DNA of 26,080 nucleotides. Origin: a virus. Its lineage: Duplodnaviria; Caudoviricetes. Below are positions 25,796 through 26,080 of the stretch, one piece after another. The DNA is taken from positions 1 to 26,080 of the IMG/VR virus record IMGVR_UViG_3300005764_000075, one strand, 5' to 3'. The translations under genes were made by a program, and so were the position numbers. The notes under the pieces were generated by a model. The model was not told the origin of the DNA. It was given only the letters and a program-made list of their open reading frames with translations, and made no database searches. Numbering within the stretch: the first letter of the stretch is position 1; every line of letters starts with the position of its first letter.

Positions 25796-25966
25796 TTACT
25801 TGGCATCCTTCGTTGTCTTGCGCTTGGCCAGCCATTCGGCACGATACTTGTCGCGGATCGCCTGCTTGGACGGAGAATCAGGGTTCTGCTTCTCGACCGG
25901 ATCGAGCCAGTAGGGCAGGTTTTCCTTTTTCTCTTTGTCGAGGATGTCGAGTTTGTATGTTGCCAT
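25796..25966 (-). CDS. Hypothetical protein (56 aa, MATYKLDILDKEKKENLPYWLDP...)
   Basis: Hand-translated; ATG is 1 nt after the upstream TAA; convergent with the rightward operon. Confidence 0.6.
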   Translation of the reverse strand: MATYKLDILDKEKKENLPYWLDPVEKQNPDSPSKQAIRDKYRAEWLAKRKTTKDAK

Positions 25967-25967
25967 C

Positions 25968-26080
25968 TTATGCTGCTATCTGGTGACCGATCTTGACACT
26001 TTCAAACGGCGGCGCGCTGTTCTGCCATGCATCCCATCCCTTCCACGCGGTGCCCGCCACCACGACCTCGTGTTCGCCAT
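25968..26080 (-). CDS. C-terminal end of a gene entering from beyond the window
   Basis: Open frame ...GEHEVVVAGTAWKGWDAWQNSAPPFESVKIGHQIAA-stop. Confidence 0.5.
   Translation of the reverse strand, partial: GEHEVVVAGTAWKGWDAWQNSAPPFESVKIGHQIAA

Overview
Segment of a GC-rich myovirus-type phage or prophage; an alphaproteobacterial host is plausible from protein style but is only inference. Positions 1-19954 (minus strand) are a virion morphogenesis operon. The head is HK97-like: fused prohead protease-capsid, portal, a collagen-like protein and connectors. The tail is Mu-like and contractile: sheath, tube, frameshifting chaperone, tape measure, gp44, gp45, a split DNA-circulation gene, gp47, an extended gp48 and a tail fibre. 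The tail tube gene is split by an ORF-less 252-nt group I intron (9880-10131). A free-standing GIY-YIG endonuclease gene overlaps exon 1 and stops inside that intron. Positions ~20500-25612 (plus strand) are a divergent operon: small ORF, MoxR-like AAA ATPase, HExxH/vWA protein, DUF3150-like protein and further small ORFs. The most striking feature is a ~90-nt covarying structured element repeated between stop codon and start codon at four junctions of this operon. It has mutually exclusive helices that could act as a ribosome-triggered switch on the next Shine-Dalgarno, plus an invariant CUUGCA loop. All family assignments come from motif recognition and synteny; no searches were run.
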